Source of the DNA: the human T2T-CHM13v2.0 reference genome, Homo sapiens
Strand: one strand, 5' to 3'
DNA length: 64,000 nt
Assembly (NCBI RefSeq): GCF_009914755.1
Contig: NC_060948.1
In this document: piece by piece, positions 1 through 11,090 of the stretch
Numbering within the stretch: the first letter of the stretch is position 1
How the letters are laid out: the number at the start of each line of letters is the position of its first letter
Made by a program: the position numbers and the translations under genes
Notes under the pieces: generated by a model
The model's database searches: none
What the model was told of the DNA's origin: nothing
What the model saw: the letters and a program-made list of their open reading frames with translations, nothing else

Positions 1-2281
1 TAACCCCACAACCATCCTATCTCTAACAATAACCTTATACAATAATTCTAAACTTAACCCTAATCCTAACCCCAGGCTCTCACCATAAACCAAGACCCAG
101 AACCCCAAACTCAATAAAAGCCCAAACACTAACAATAAGCCCAAACCCTAACACTAAACCCTGAGACTAATCCTAACTCCTAGAACTAACCCTAATCTTA
201 AACCCTAACCAAAACCATCTAACCCTAACAATAACCCTAAACCTACAACTTACCATAATCGATAACCTAATCCTAACCCTTACCCTAAATACTAATCCTA
301 ATGCCTAACCCTAATCCTAACCTTGAAACCCTAACCCCAAACAAAGCCATAATCCTTAAATGAAACTCTAACTATAAAACCCTAAAACACTAAACATAAC
401 CCTGACCCCAACACATAAGCCTAACAGTAACCTTAACCGTAATTGCAAAACCATAAAAACTGAACCCTAACACTAAAACTAAACTAAGTCTAAACCTAAC
501 CATAAAATAAAACCTAAGGCATGACCCAAATCCTAAAGCCTGAAAACTAACCATAACCCTAACCCTAAAACATAAAGGCTAACCATAACTCTTAACCCTC
601 ATCCTAACCACCAAATCCAACCCTAGCCCCTAACACTAATCCTATCACAAATGCTAATCCCTAACACTAATCCTAAACTCTAATGCTCATCATGAATCAT
701 AACTCTAATCTGTAACCTAAATTTCAACCTTAAATCCTAACCCTAAGCCTACACCTTAACCCAACACTAACTGTAACCCCTATCCTTAATCCAAACCTAA
801 CACTAACCCTAAATTTTAACCCTGACAGTAAGCCTAAAACTAACCCTAATCCCAAACATAACCCTTACCCCAATGCTAACCCTGATACCCTAACTTTAAC
901 CCTACACCTACACCAACACCAATCCCAATCATAAACCTAAACCATACCCTCCCTTAAACACAGGACAAACCCTAACCCCTAACCCTAATATTAAAAATTA
1001 AACCCAAGTTTTACCCCAGCCCCAACACTAGCCCAAATCTTAACCCATAACCACAACCCTAACAATAGCCAAACAAAAACAAAAAGCCCAAAACCAACCA
1101 AAACACTAATACTAAACCCCAACCCTAACCCTAACCCCTGATCCAAACCCTAAACCCTAATACTAAACCAAACACGTAACCACAACGCTAAAACTGAACC
1201 TAAGGTTTATCCTAAACATAAGAATTATTCTGAATCCTAAACCTAAGATTAACCCTAAGACAATAACCCAAAACCTAACTCTAATGCCTAAACCTAACTT
1301 TAATTCTAACTGTAAAATACAAAATCTGAAAACACTAAAAATAACTTTAACTGCATCCCCTAATGCTTACACTAATAATAACCAAAAACCCCTAATCTTA
1401 ACACTAATACTAACATAATCCTAACATAATCTTAACCCTAGCAATAAAACCAAACCATAACTCTTGCACAGAACATTAAACCAAAACTGTAATATTTACC
1501 CTAACCCCTAAGCCAACCCCTACCCCTAAACCTAGACCAAAACCCTAATCCAAACTAACCCTAAACCATAAACCTAACCTTAATCTTTGCCCCAACCCTA
1601 GAAATACCTTAATGCTAACCCTAACTGTAAATGCTAATCGCTAACCCTAACACTTAACTGACCCCTAAACCATAAACCCTAACCCTACTCCTAAACTCTA
1701 AACCCAACCCTAATATAATGCTAACCATGACAACTAACCCTAACCCTATCCCAGCCCTAACAGTCATGCCAGCCCTAAATCCAAAACCTTAACCATATTC
1801 CTAACAGTAAAACTTACAACTAACCATAACCATAAACATAAATGCTAAATGCTAACCCTAACACTAAGCTTAAACCCCAATCCTCAGCTCCGAACCTGAA
1901 CCTAAATGTAACCCTAAACAGTAATCCTAATGGTAAATTCTAACCCTAAACCTTAACCAAACACTAACCCTAACACAATCCCTTTAACACTTACCCTCAA
2001 CATAAAGCTTAACACTAACCCTAATCCAGGCCATGACCCTAATGCCTAACACCCTTCTGTATGCCTACCTTTTTACCTTAACCCTAAGCATAACCCAATC
2101 CCAAACCTAACTTCTAACACTGATTCTAACACCTAACTCTAATCCTTAACCCTGATCCTAACTCTAACTCTAAAGCTAATCCTACCACAGTAGTAACCCC
2201 TATCCCAACCCCAGCCCTACCAGAGAATCTAATCCTAAACTTTGTTCTGCAATTGTAAACCCGTATCCCTATTTCCCAAAA

Positions 2282-2290
2282 TCTTCTTCT

Positions 2291-2322
<32 letters not shown>

Positions 2323-2393
2323 TTCTTCTTCTTCTTCTTCTTCTTCTTCTTCTTCTTCTTCTTCCTCTTCCTCTTCCTCTTCCTCTTCTTCTC
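2282..2393 (+). repeat. (TTC)n/(GAA)n trinucleotide microsatellite forming the Alu tail
   Basis: About 110 bp of ttc units with a few ctc interruptions, directly adjoining the Alu poly-T. Confidence 0.95.
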
Positions 2394-2682
2394 TTTTTTT
2401 TGAGATGGAGTCTCCCTCTGTTGCCAGGTTGGAGTGCTGTGGCATGACCTCAGCTTATTGCAACCTCTGCTTCTTGGGTTCAAATGATTATCCTGCCTCA
2501 GCCTCCTGAGTAGCTGGGAATACAGGCACGTGTCATCAACCCCAGCTAATTGTTTTCTTGTATTTTGAGTAGAGACGGGTTTCACCATGTTTGCCAAAAT
2601 TGTTTTGATCTCTTGACCTCGTGAACTGCCCACCTTGGCCTTCCAAAGTGCTGGGATTACGGACATGAGCCACTGAGCCCAA
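2394..2682 (-). mobile_element. Alu, AluS type (AluSc-like), full length
   Basis: tgagatggagtctc...ccaaagtgctgggattac...gagccactgagccc; gttgccagg and cttgacctcgtga variants are typical of AluSc. Confidence 0.9.
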
Positions 2683-3099
2683 CTTAATCCCCAAATTCTA
2701 TCCTATCCTTAATATTTCCCCATCGTGCTTCAGAAAATATTAAATACCTCCTCTATGACTCAAACCTCTGACCCGTAATACCCATGATATTACACCAAAC
2801 CATATATTTTCTAACCCCAATTGTGTATTGAATTAAATATATGGTATCAGTAGGATAAAAAACTAAATGTTATTAAATTTGATAATTATAGGCATCATAA
2901 TATTTAATCAAATAATAGTACATGGAATTTGGTACATAGTGAAAAACATTATACACCACAATTATTAAGTTCTTTTTTCAGCCAATCAAGGGTTTCTCAC
3001 CATTCTAAACCCATCCCTTTCGATATACTATGTAAAGTAACTGACGGAAAAACATCACATTTGTCTCAACTGTTACAGAAAGTACATAAAGATAGTCAA

Positions 3100-3520
3100 A
3101 ATATTTTAATGATAACAAAATCCGATAAACAGTGTTCCAAATTTTTTCACATAATAAAACGTCTTTATGCAAAACCCATAACAATCATCATCTAAATTGT
3201 TGGGAAGCAAAGCTTTTAGATGAGGAACAGCACTAATGCTCACTTACATCACTGCATTCAATACTGTACTAGACATTCCACTAGAACAATTTGAAAAGAA
3301 AAATATATACAAAACCACTCATATGCGTAAAAAAGAAGTAAAACTACTCACAGATCTCATACACAGAAAACCAGGAGGAACCAACAAGAAATTATAAAAT
3401 CTAGTGAACAAATTAAGCAAGCAAACAAAACAAAATATCAACACAAAAAATCTTTCTCTATACACTATAAATTAGCCACGTGAAAATGAAATTTGGACAA
3501 TTTTATTTCTAAAAAAATAA
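3100..3520 (+). mobile_element. Old L1 (L1M) ORF2 fragment
   Basis: Degenerate L1 RT-region sequence (aaaacccataacaatcatcat, ttcaatactgtactaga, caaaatatcaacacaaaaaatc); boundaries approximate. Confidence 0.65.
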
Positions 3521-3539
3521 CAGGCCAGAATTTCTCCAA

Positions 3540-4530
3540 CTGCCCTGGAACACACAGATGCAGGCAGCTGGGGGTGGGGGAAATCCTTCGAGTGGAGGCT
3601 GTGCTGCTACACTGGGACCTGCCTGCAGTGGCTGTGGGGCTAAACAGAAACCTTTCAAGCTCCTGGGAAATCAGAGTAAAATTACTTAAAACCATAATGG
3701 ATGAAGAAGAGAAAACCTACAGTGTTTGTGAAAGCTCTAATACCATGATGTCAAATGGATACCTTCTGAGTCCTGAATTTCTTGTAAAAATAAGAACAGC
3801 ACAAACATCAGCAACAATGAAACCCTTGTTGACTGGCCCAGATCATTTTGCTGAGAAAGGCACTATTGAGGTCAATTTGAGAGACAACCCTTCACAAGTG
3901 CTTCCAAAAGCATGCAAATATTTTACCTACATATTTCACTACACCTACAGTTCCACAGAGATTCCTAAATTCCCATTTCACCTGAAACTGCAGAACTGCT
4001 GACAGCTGTGAACTTTCTAGATTCTATATAAATACAATGGATTGTATATAAATACAATAGATTGATATGACAAAATAAATTATAATCAACTGGTAACTCT
4101 TTTCAGTGTTTAAGACCTGTAGTTGAGTTTGTATTTTTTCATAGATAGTACATACCTTGTATGCAACGTAACTGTAAAAGTAATCACAAAGAAGATTGCC
4201 TTCTGTTTTTTGCATAATAGAGTTTAAATTTGTTTACAATGTCAGCAATTTAAGGAGATTTTCACAAACTGAGAAATAAACAAATATCCCAATTCATAGG
4301 TCGTTTTGCCTTATCCATTGGATATGGCTTTTGAAATCAACAATGATGACATAAAAATGCTGAAAATTAGAAATAAATGAACCTGTTCTACAATTAAATA
4401 ATGGGGCTAGGTGTTTTGATATTTTTAGTGTTTTTTTAAATAACAATATTTTGATTTTGTACGTGCCCATAGCATTGCTGGAGTTATGCAAATAATTACA
4501 TTATAAGTATGTGTATCACTTAGCAAAAAA
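3540..4530 (+). pseudogene. ELOC: Elongin C (ELOC/TCEB1) processed pseudogene with 5'UTR, CDS remnant 3697-~4030 and 3'UTR
   Basis: Translation [12 protein letters not shown]...EFLVK...[34 protein letters not shown]...[12 protein letters not shown] aligns with ELOC (MDGEEKTYGGCE...[47 protein letters not shown]); intronless, frameshifted; downstream ttttcacaaactgagaaataaacaaatat resembles the ELOC 3'UTR. Outer ends approximate. Confidence 0.93.
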
Positions 4531-4573
4531 ATTGTTTTTTTTAACTGACCCTAACTTAATAAACGTTTTATCA

Positions 4574-4835
4574 ATGTCTATAATCCCAGAATTTTGGGAG
4601 TTCAAGGTTGGCAGATGAATTGAGCTCAGGCATTTAAATGAGCCCAGCCAACAGGGTACATCTTTTTCTCTACAAAAGATAAAAATGGGCCAGGTCGGTG
4701 GCTGAGGCTAAAGCAGAAGGATCAATTGAGCCCAGGAGTAAGAGTCTGCAGTGAGCCATGATGGCACCACTGCATCCAGCCTGGGGAACAGAGTGAGACC
4801 CTGTCTCAAAAAACAAACAAACAACCACAGAAACA
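4574..4835 (+). mobile_element. AluJ-type element, diverged, with internal deletion
   Basis: tataatcccag...ttgagcccaggag...gcagtgagccatgatggcaccactgca...gtgagaccctgtctcaaaaaac. Confidence 0.85.
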
Positions 4836-5127
4836 AACAGTATAAGAGTTAAAATTTCTTACGTCCCTGGAAAAACTTCAGTATTGTTTAAATGTGTCTT
4901 GTCTTGTCATTATTTTTATTGCTACAATTTAAGAACTTTAAAGACAATTTGGGAAGCTTACCAGGTACGAATTTTGGAGAAGCACTTGAACTTTACCCAG
5001 ATGGTCCAGAAGTCAACTATACAACTTAGAGCTCTTGTGCATTATGACTTTTGGGCAATTCAAAGTACTATGTTTTCACTGATTATAAAGCAAACATCCT
5101 TTTCATCTTTCAAAACAGTAAAAATAT

Positions 5128-5296
5128 GGGTTGGGTGTGGTGATTTACACCTGTAATTCCAGTACTTTGGGAGGCCAACGTGGGAGGACCACCTGAGCCA
5201 AAGTGTTCAATGATGCAGTGAGCAATGATCACATTATCACACTCTCGCCTGGGCAACAGAGTAAGACTCTGTCTCAAAAAATAAAACAAAAAAATC
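5128..5296 (+). mobile_element. Alu monomer (FRAM/FAM-like)
   Basis: A single Alu arm: ggtgtggtg...cctgtaattccagtactttgggagg...gcagtgagc...gactctgtctcaaaaa. Confidence 0.8.
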
Positions 5297-6225
5297 AACA
5301 GTAATAATGTTTTAAGAATAAATTTAACCAAGGTGCAAGACTTAGACATGGAAAGTTACAAAATATTGCTGAAATAAATTCCAGAATCCCTGAATAAATG
5401 TGAAGACATTCCATGTTTCTGGATTAGAAGATATTTTTTAACATGACAGTAGTACACAAACCAATCTAGAAATTCATTGTGATTTCTATGAAAACACCAA
5501 AGTTATTTTGACAGGAATGGGCAAGCCAATCCTAACATTCATATAAATTTCAAGTGACTCTGAATAGCCAAAATAATCTTGAAAACAAAAACCAACTTGG
5601 AGTCTCACATTTTTCAATTTCAAATATTACTGAAAAGCAACAGTAATCAAAACAGTGTAATATTGGCATAAGGACACACATAGAGATCAATGAAACTGAA
5701 TGTCAAGCCCAACCATACCTCTATGGTCAATTGATTTTGTCATGTAGCCAAGACCATAAAATTCAACAAGTGCTGTTAGACAACAAGCTAACCACATTGA
5801 GAGAAAAAAAAATTGTGTCCTTTCCTCATAAGTCAATGGTTCAAAAGCCTACATATTAAAGATAAAAACATAAACTCTAGAAGAAAACCTAGGGATACTT
5901 CTTCATAACCTAGGATTTGGAAGTGGTTTCTTAGATCTGATACAAAAATCTTAGATCTGATACAGCCAACTAAAGAAATAATTTCCTCAAAATTAAACAT
6001 TTTTTGCATTGAAAGATACTATCAAGAACGTGAAAAGACATGCCACACAAAGGAAGATTTGCACGTTGTAGATGTAAGAAGTCTGTTATCCACAACATAT
6101 GAAGACTTGTATAACTCAAGAAAAAAAAAAAGACAATAGAAATACAAAATGGAGAAATAGTTGAACACAAACTTCACCAAAAATAAATACAAGAGAAAAC
6201 AACTACATAAAAAGATGAACAGTAA
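5297..6225 (+). mobile_element. Old L1 (L1M) ORF2 3' fragment, continuing the 3100-3520 piece
   Basis: gaagacattccatgtttctggattagaaga, aatagccaaaataatcttgaaaa, aacagtaatcaaaacagtgtaatattggcataagga are typical of L1 ORF2. Confidence 0.85.
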
Positions 6226-7295
6226 AATATATAAGTTTTACACCATGAAGTGTTTCATATGTTAGCTTTTCGCATAGTCATGGGATTCTGTGTTGTAAAA
6301 TTAGTCCTTTCCAGCTCCACCTGAGGGTAAGTCAATGTAATAGTATGGCTGGGTAGCAGGTTTCCTTGGATGAGAAAAGAAAATACCTGACAGGAAAACA
6401 TATTCTGACATGAAGATTTTTCTGCTTAACTTGAGTTTCCAATAAAGGTAACAGTTTGTCCCTCAGTCTCCATGGGTCAAGAATTTGCCATCCAGTGGGA
6501 AGTAAAAGAGAGAAGCTTAAGTTCATGGGGTACATGGATACACAACTGTCCCAAGTCCTGTACCAGAGCTGTGACATACTTACATTCCTTCTCAGAATTT
6601 CAATATATAAATAATAATAATTCATTTGCTGAAATATCTAGGCTTACTTTATTACTTTATACAGTTAAGGATGTTTAGAAATATTTATATAGATTATCCT
6701 GATGTGGGCTAGGACTTTTTGTCAGTTAACTGTATTGATGGACTACATAGAATGTAAGTATTTAAACCTAAAATATCTTGTAAATAGTAACACACAGTTA
6801 GAATATATAGCAAGGTAACAGTCTCTCCAATAAATTATTATGTTATTTCAATAATCAGTTGTGTCATTTGTCTTCAGCACTGAGCCTTTTTTTTTACTCA
6901 TTATCCCAACCATGGGCTTTTTTAATTTACTATTACTTTCTTGATTTATAAATTGAGAGTGATCTCATCAACAGTCTAACAAATAACAAATCATTTATCT
7001 TTAGAAACATCACATTATTAACTTTTCTACTCTTAGATAGCACAACTGATATGACTTTAAGGATTCAGTTGGACAAACCCTTAGAAAATTAGATAAATTA
7101 GGTAAGGGTGGGCACTGGGTGAATGGATTGCGAATGCACATAAAATCCCTAAGACACCCAGGAACCCCAAAAGTGGGAGCAGACGAGGCTGCAAGCAGTT
7201 GAGCACACTAAATGGGAGAGGGCAACAGGAAGGACCACTTGGGGTTGGCAGCCATGTTGAGTTCTATGGTCCTTGTTGTAAGCTCAGTGGGAAAC

Positions 7296-7960
7296 TGTGT
7301 CTAGAATTGGTTCCTTCCAGTGGGTCCTTGGTCTCACTGACTTCAAGAATGAAGCCATGGACCCTCACAGTGCATGTTACAGTTCATGAAGATGATATAT
7401 CTGGAGTTTGTCCCTTCAGATGTTCAGATGTGTGTGGAGTTTCTTCCTTCCTGTGGGTTCATGGTCTTACTCTCTTCAAGAGTGAAGGCACAGACCTTCA
7501 CATTGAGTGTTACAGCCCTTTACGGTGGCATGTCCAGAGGTGCTTATTTTTTCCAGTGGGTTTGTGGTCTCACTGTCTTCAGGAATGAAGCCGCAGACCA
7601 TCTCAGTGAGTGTTACAACTCTTAAAGTTAGTGTGGAACCAAAGAGTGAGCAGCAGCGAGATTTATTATGAAGAGTAAAAGAACAAAGCTTCCACAGCAT
7701 GGAAGTGGACCTGAGTGGGTTGCCACTATTGGCTGGGGTGGCCAGCTTTTATTCCCTTATTTGTCCCCACCCACATCCTGCTGATTGGTCCATTTTATGG
7801 AGTGCTGATTGGTGTGTTTACAAACGTTTAGCTAGACACAAAGTGCTGATTGGTGTGTTTCTACAGAGTGCTTATTTGTGCATTTATAATCCTTTAGCTA
7901 GACAGAAAAGTTCTCCAAGTCCCCAATCAAACCAGGAAGTCCAGCTGGCTTCACTTCTCA
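7296..7960 (-). mobile_element. LTR12, 3' LTR
   Basis: Repeated gctgattggt (CCAAT) units and gagtgttacagctc units; polypurine tract (atcccccctc on +) directly adjacent at 7961-7970. Confidence 0.93.
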
Positions 7961-8016
7961 ATCCCCCCTCTAAAAAGGACACCCCAAATGCTGTTGGGAA
8001 TAGGGCAATGACTGCT

Positions 8017-8660
8017 CTAGCTACTTCCTGCTAGATAGGGGCAAAGAAGGGGCCCTGCATTTGTAATGTCCCACAGAGGGGAACCCTTTAGGACAGTAAA
8101 AGGACCAGTGGGCTGATCCAGGGGCCCGGGGTAGAAGTTGTTAGTTAAGCTCATTTTCAGTTCTAGTTGTAAGATCATCTGTAGATTGACGGCCCCAATC
8201 CTAGAGGAAACAAATTTGACAAGGAAGTTAAAAATACAGGGCCCGAAGGCAACTAATATCAAGATGGCTGTCATAGGACCTAGAAAGGGTAGAAGTCATG
8301 TTGCCCAACTCCAGAGGTTGGTATAAGAGTCTGAAATCTGTTGTATGATTTCAGAAGCCTTTTCTTGTAAATGCCGGTCATCGTCTCATACTATCCCTGG
8401 CTGGTTAGTGTAAGAACAACTCTCTTCCCCTAAGAAGGTGCAGAGTCCTCCTTTCTCAGCAGTGAGGAGGTCTAGGCCTTGGTGGCTTTGGAGAGTCACA
8501 GCTGACACAGAGTCTATTTGGGACTGTAGAGTAAGGACAGATTTTGTTATTTCTTGCAAACTGTCTGAGAGGCAGATATAGGTTGAAGATCCACATAAGA
8601 AGAATATGCCTTGGCTGGGTAGACAGAAAATTACCCTGGCTTTTAAAAGAATAGGGTACT
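8017..8660 (-). pseudogene. env: HERV9 env remnant (mainly TM)
   Basis: Minus strand reads LQSHQGLDLLTAEKGGLCTFLGEE (immunosuppressive domain) and FGPCIFNFLVKFVSSRI. Confidence 0.85.
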
Positions 8661-8900
8661 CTGTTTTTTCTTTACTACTTCCATCTCTCTTTCTTTCTCT
8701 TTGACTTCTTATTTGTTTCTCTCTCTCTTTCTGAGTCCCTCTTTGTCTCTTCCTCCCTGACTTTCTCTCTCTCTCTTTCTGTCTCTGACTCCCTCTTTTT
8801 CTGTCACTTCCTCTCTCTCTCTCTCTCTGTCACTTTCTGTCTCTTTCTCTCTTTCCTTTCTGCTGGTCTTTCCCTGCCTCTGCTAGCCAATTATGCTACT
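8660..8900 (+). repeat. CT-rich (AG-rich on the proviral strand) low-complexity tract at the pol/env deletion junction
   Basis: ctctctttct/gtctct repeats. Confidence 0.85.
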
Positions 8901-11090
8901 GCTCTCCACTCCCCTTCCCATTTTGATGGCTTCGGCAGTGTAAGACTCCCACCTCCTTGGGTTTTTGCACTGCATGCAATAACTCCATAATTTCCTTGTG
9001 TATTTAATGGGGGTTCACTCAGAGGTTAGGAACTCCCTTTCTTTCCATATTGCAGCATGGGCATGTAGGATTAGATAAGCATACTTTCTATCTGTATGCA
9101 CATTTATTCTTTTTCCCTTTCCCAGTTCTAAGCCTCAGGTAAGTGCTGCTAGCTCTGCTAAATGGGTTCTGGTCCCTGGAGGAAGATGCTTACTTTCTAG
9201 TATGGTTACATTACTAATTATGGAGAAACTTACCTTTTTTATTCCATTCTCCACAAATGAACTTCCATTGGTATATAAGTTAAGGTCAGGATTAGCTAAG
9301 GATACTTCTAAGATATCATCTTGGGCAGCATAAGTCTGGACTATAATCTGTTGGCAGTAATGCTCAATTGTTTCCCCATCCTCTCGGAGAAAAGTGGCAG
9401 GGTTTAGGGCCAAAACATGCATATTTGAAGCACCAGCCCCTCAAGGAGTAGCACCTGGCATCTCAGCAGGTGATTGTCTGGTAACCATAAACTTCCTTTG
9501 ACACCTAGTCTGCCATTTACGTCATGAGTAGTCCAGACAGTGAGATCCTTTCCTTGTATTATTTTGATAGCCTCTGACACTAAGACAGTCACCACCACAA
9601 CCAAATGTAAACAGTGAGGCCAGCCTTTTGCTACTACATCAATTTCCTTACTTAGGTTTGCCACTGGTTTTGAGGTTCTCCCATGAGTCTGAGTAAGGAC
9701 TCCAAGAGCTATCCCTGCTCTCTCTGTGATGTACAAAGAGAAGTTTTTTCCTGTGGGAAGTTTTAAATCTGGAGCTTGTACTAGGGTCTGCTTTAAGGGT
9801 TTGAAGGCCCTTTCTGCCCCAGGTCCCATTCTACTAGATGAGTATTTGCTTTCTGGGTCTCCTTGATTAGAGTATACAATGGTCTGGGCATCTTGCTGTA
9901 TCCAGAGATCCATTGTTGGAAAAAGCCGGTGGTTCCAAGGAACCCCCACAGCTGTTTTAATGTCTTAGGGTGAGGATAAGCCAGCATAGGCTGTATTCAT
10001 TCCTGGCTGAGGGCCCTGGTCCCTCTGGCTAGGATTAAACCTAGATATTTGACCTGGTCGAAAAGAGGTCTTGTACCCCTGAGTAGCTTGAAAGTTCAAG
10101 AGATCTAGAGTAGCCTAGTGGCATGAGGCTTCCAGCCTGGTAGTCAAACGTAAATCATCCACATACTGAAGGACCAGATTGCCTGGACTTGAGAAGTGGC
10201 CCAGATCTTGGGCCAGTGCCCAGTGAAACAGGTGAGGGCTGTCCCTAAACTCTTGGGGCAAGACCGTCCACGTAAGTTGGGATGTGTGGTCTGTGGGATC
10301 CTCAAAGGCAAAGGGAAACTGGGAGTCAGAGTGTAGGGGAATACAGAAGAAGGCATCTCTGAGGTCCAGAACAGTGAACAATTCTGCTTCCTCTGGTATT
10401 TAAGAGAGCAGGTTATAGGGGTTTGTTACAACTGGATATACAGGAATTACTGCTTCATTGATGAGTCTATGATCTTGCACTAGACTCCACTGATGGTTCT
10501 GTTTTTGTACTTCTAGAATTGGGCTGTTGGAGGGACTGCTGCATTGCCTTACTAAGCCTTGAGCTTTTAAGTGTTTAACAATATCCTGTAATCCTTTATG
10601 AGTTTGAGACCTTAAGGGATATTGCCTTTGATAAGGAAAAGAGGTGGGGTCTTTTAGCCTCATTTGGATGGGGCAGGCATTTTTTCCCTTCCAAATTGTC
10701 CTTCCAATACCCAGATTTCAGGGTTGATTCCCTTCTCAAATAGGGGACAACAAATGGATAACTTGTTCCCCATATTCATATAGATAATGGCTCAAGCTTT
10801 GGCTAATATATCTCTCCCTAATAAGGGTGTGGGACTTTCAGGCATAACAAGAGAGTCATGTGAAAAGAATAAAGTCTCCCAATTACAACTGAGGAGGTGG
10901 GAGAAATACCTGGTTACAGGCTGTCCCAGGATTCCTTGGATGGTAACAGACCTTGAGGACAGTCATCTCTGACAGGAGGTTAACACTGAGAAGGCTGCAC
11001 CAGTGTCTAGGAGGAAGTCAATTTCCTGGCCCTTAATGGTTAAATGTAGCTGGGGCTCAGTGAGGGAGATGACATGAGCTGGTGCTTGCC
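8900..11090 (-). pseudogene. pol: HERV9 pro-pol remnant (protease, RT, RNase H)
   Basis: ORF fragments FTVLDLRDAFFCIPLH...WTVLPQEFRDSPHLF...LQYVDDL (RT) and LYTNGSSFVENG (RNase H); multiple stops and frameshifts. Confidence 0.92.

Larger units (their letters stand above)
1..2820 (+). repeat. Degenerate telomere-like (CCCTAA)n tract, running off the left edge; interrupted by an Alu at 2282-2682 and fading out by ~2820
   Basis: Continuous TAACCC/CTAAAC/CTAATC/CATAAC variants with C/A strand bias; short perfect stretches such as aaccctaaccctaaccc near 1121-1137. Confidence 0.9.

Noticed and set aside
1-2235. Functional telomere
   Set aside because: The repeats are too degenerate throughout, with no long perfect (CCCTAA)n run in the window.
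2235-2666. 143-aa ORF with a poly-Lys tract
   Set aside because: It is the translation of an Alu plus its (GAA)n tail, not a gene.
7140-7260. Faint resemblance to a PRY-like exon
   Set aside because: The similarity is too weak to support by eye; it needs a BLAST search.
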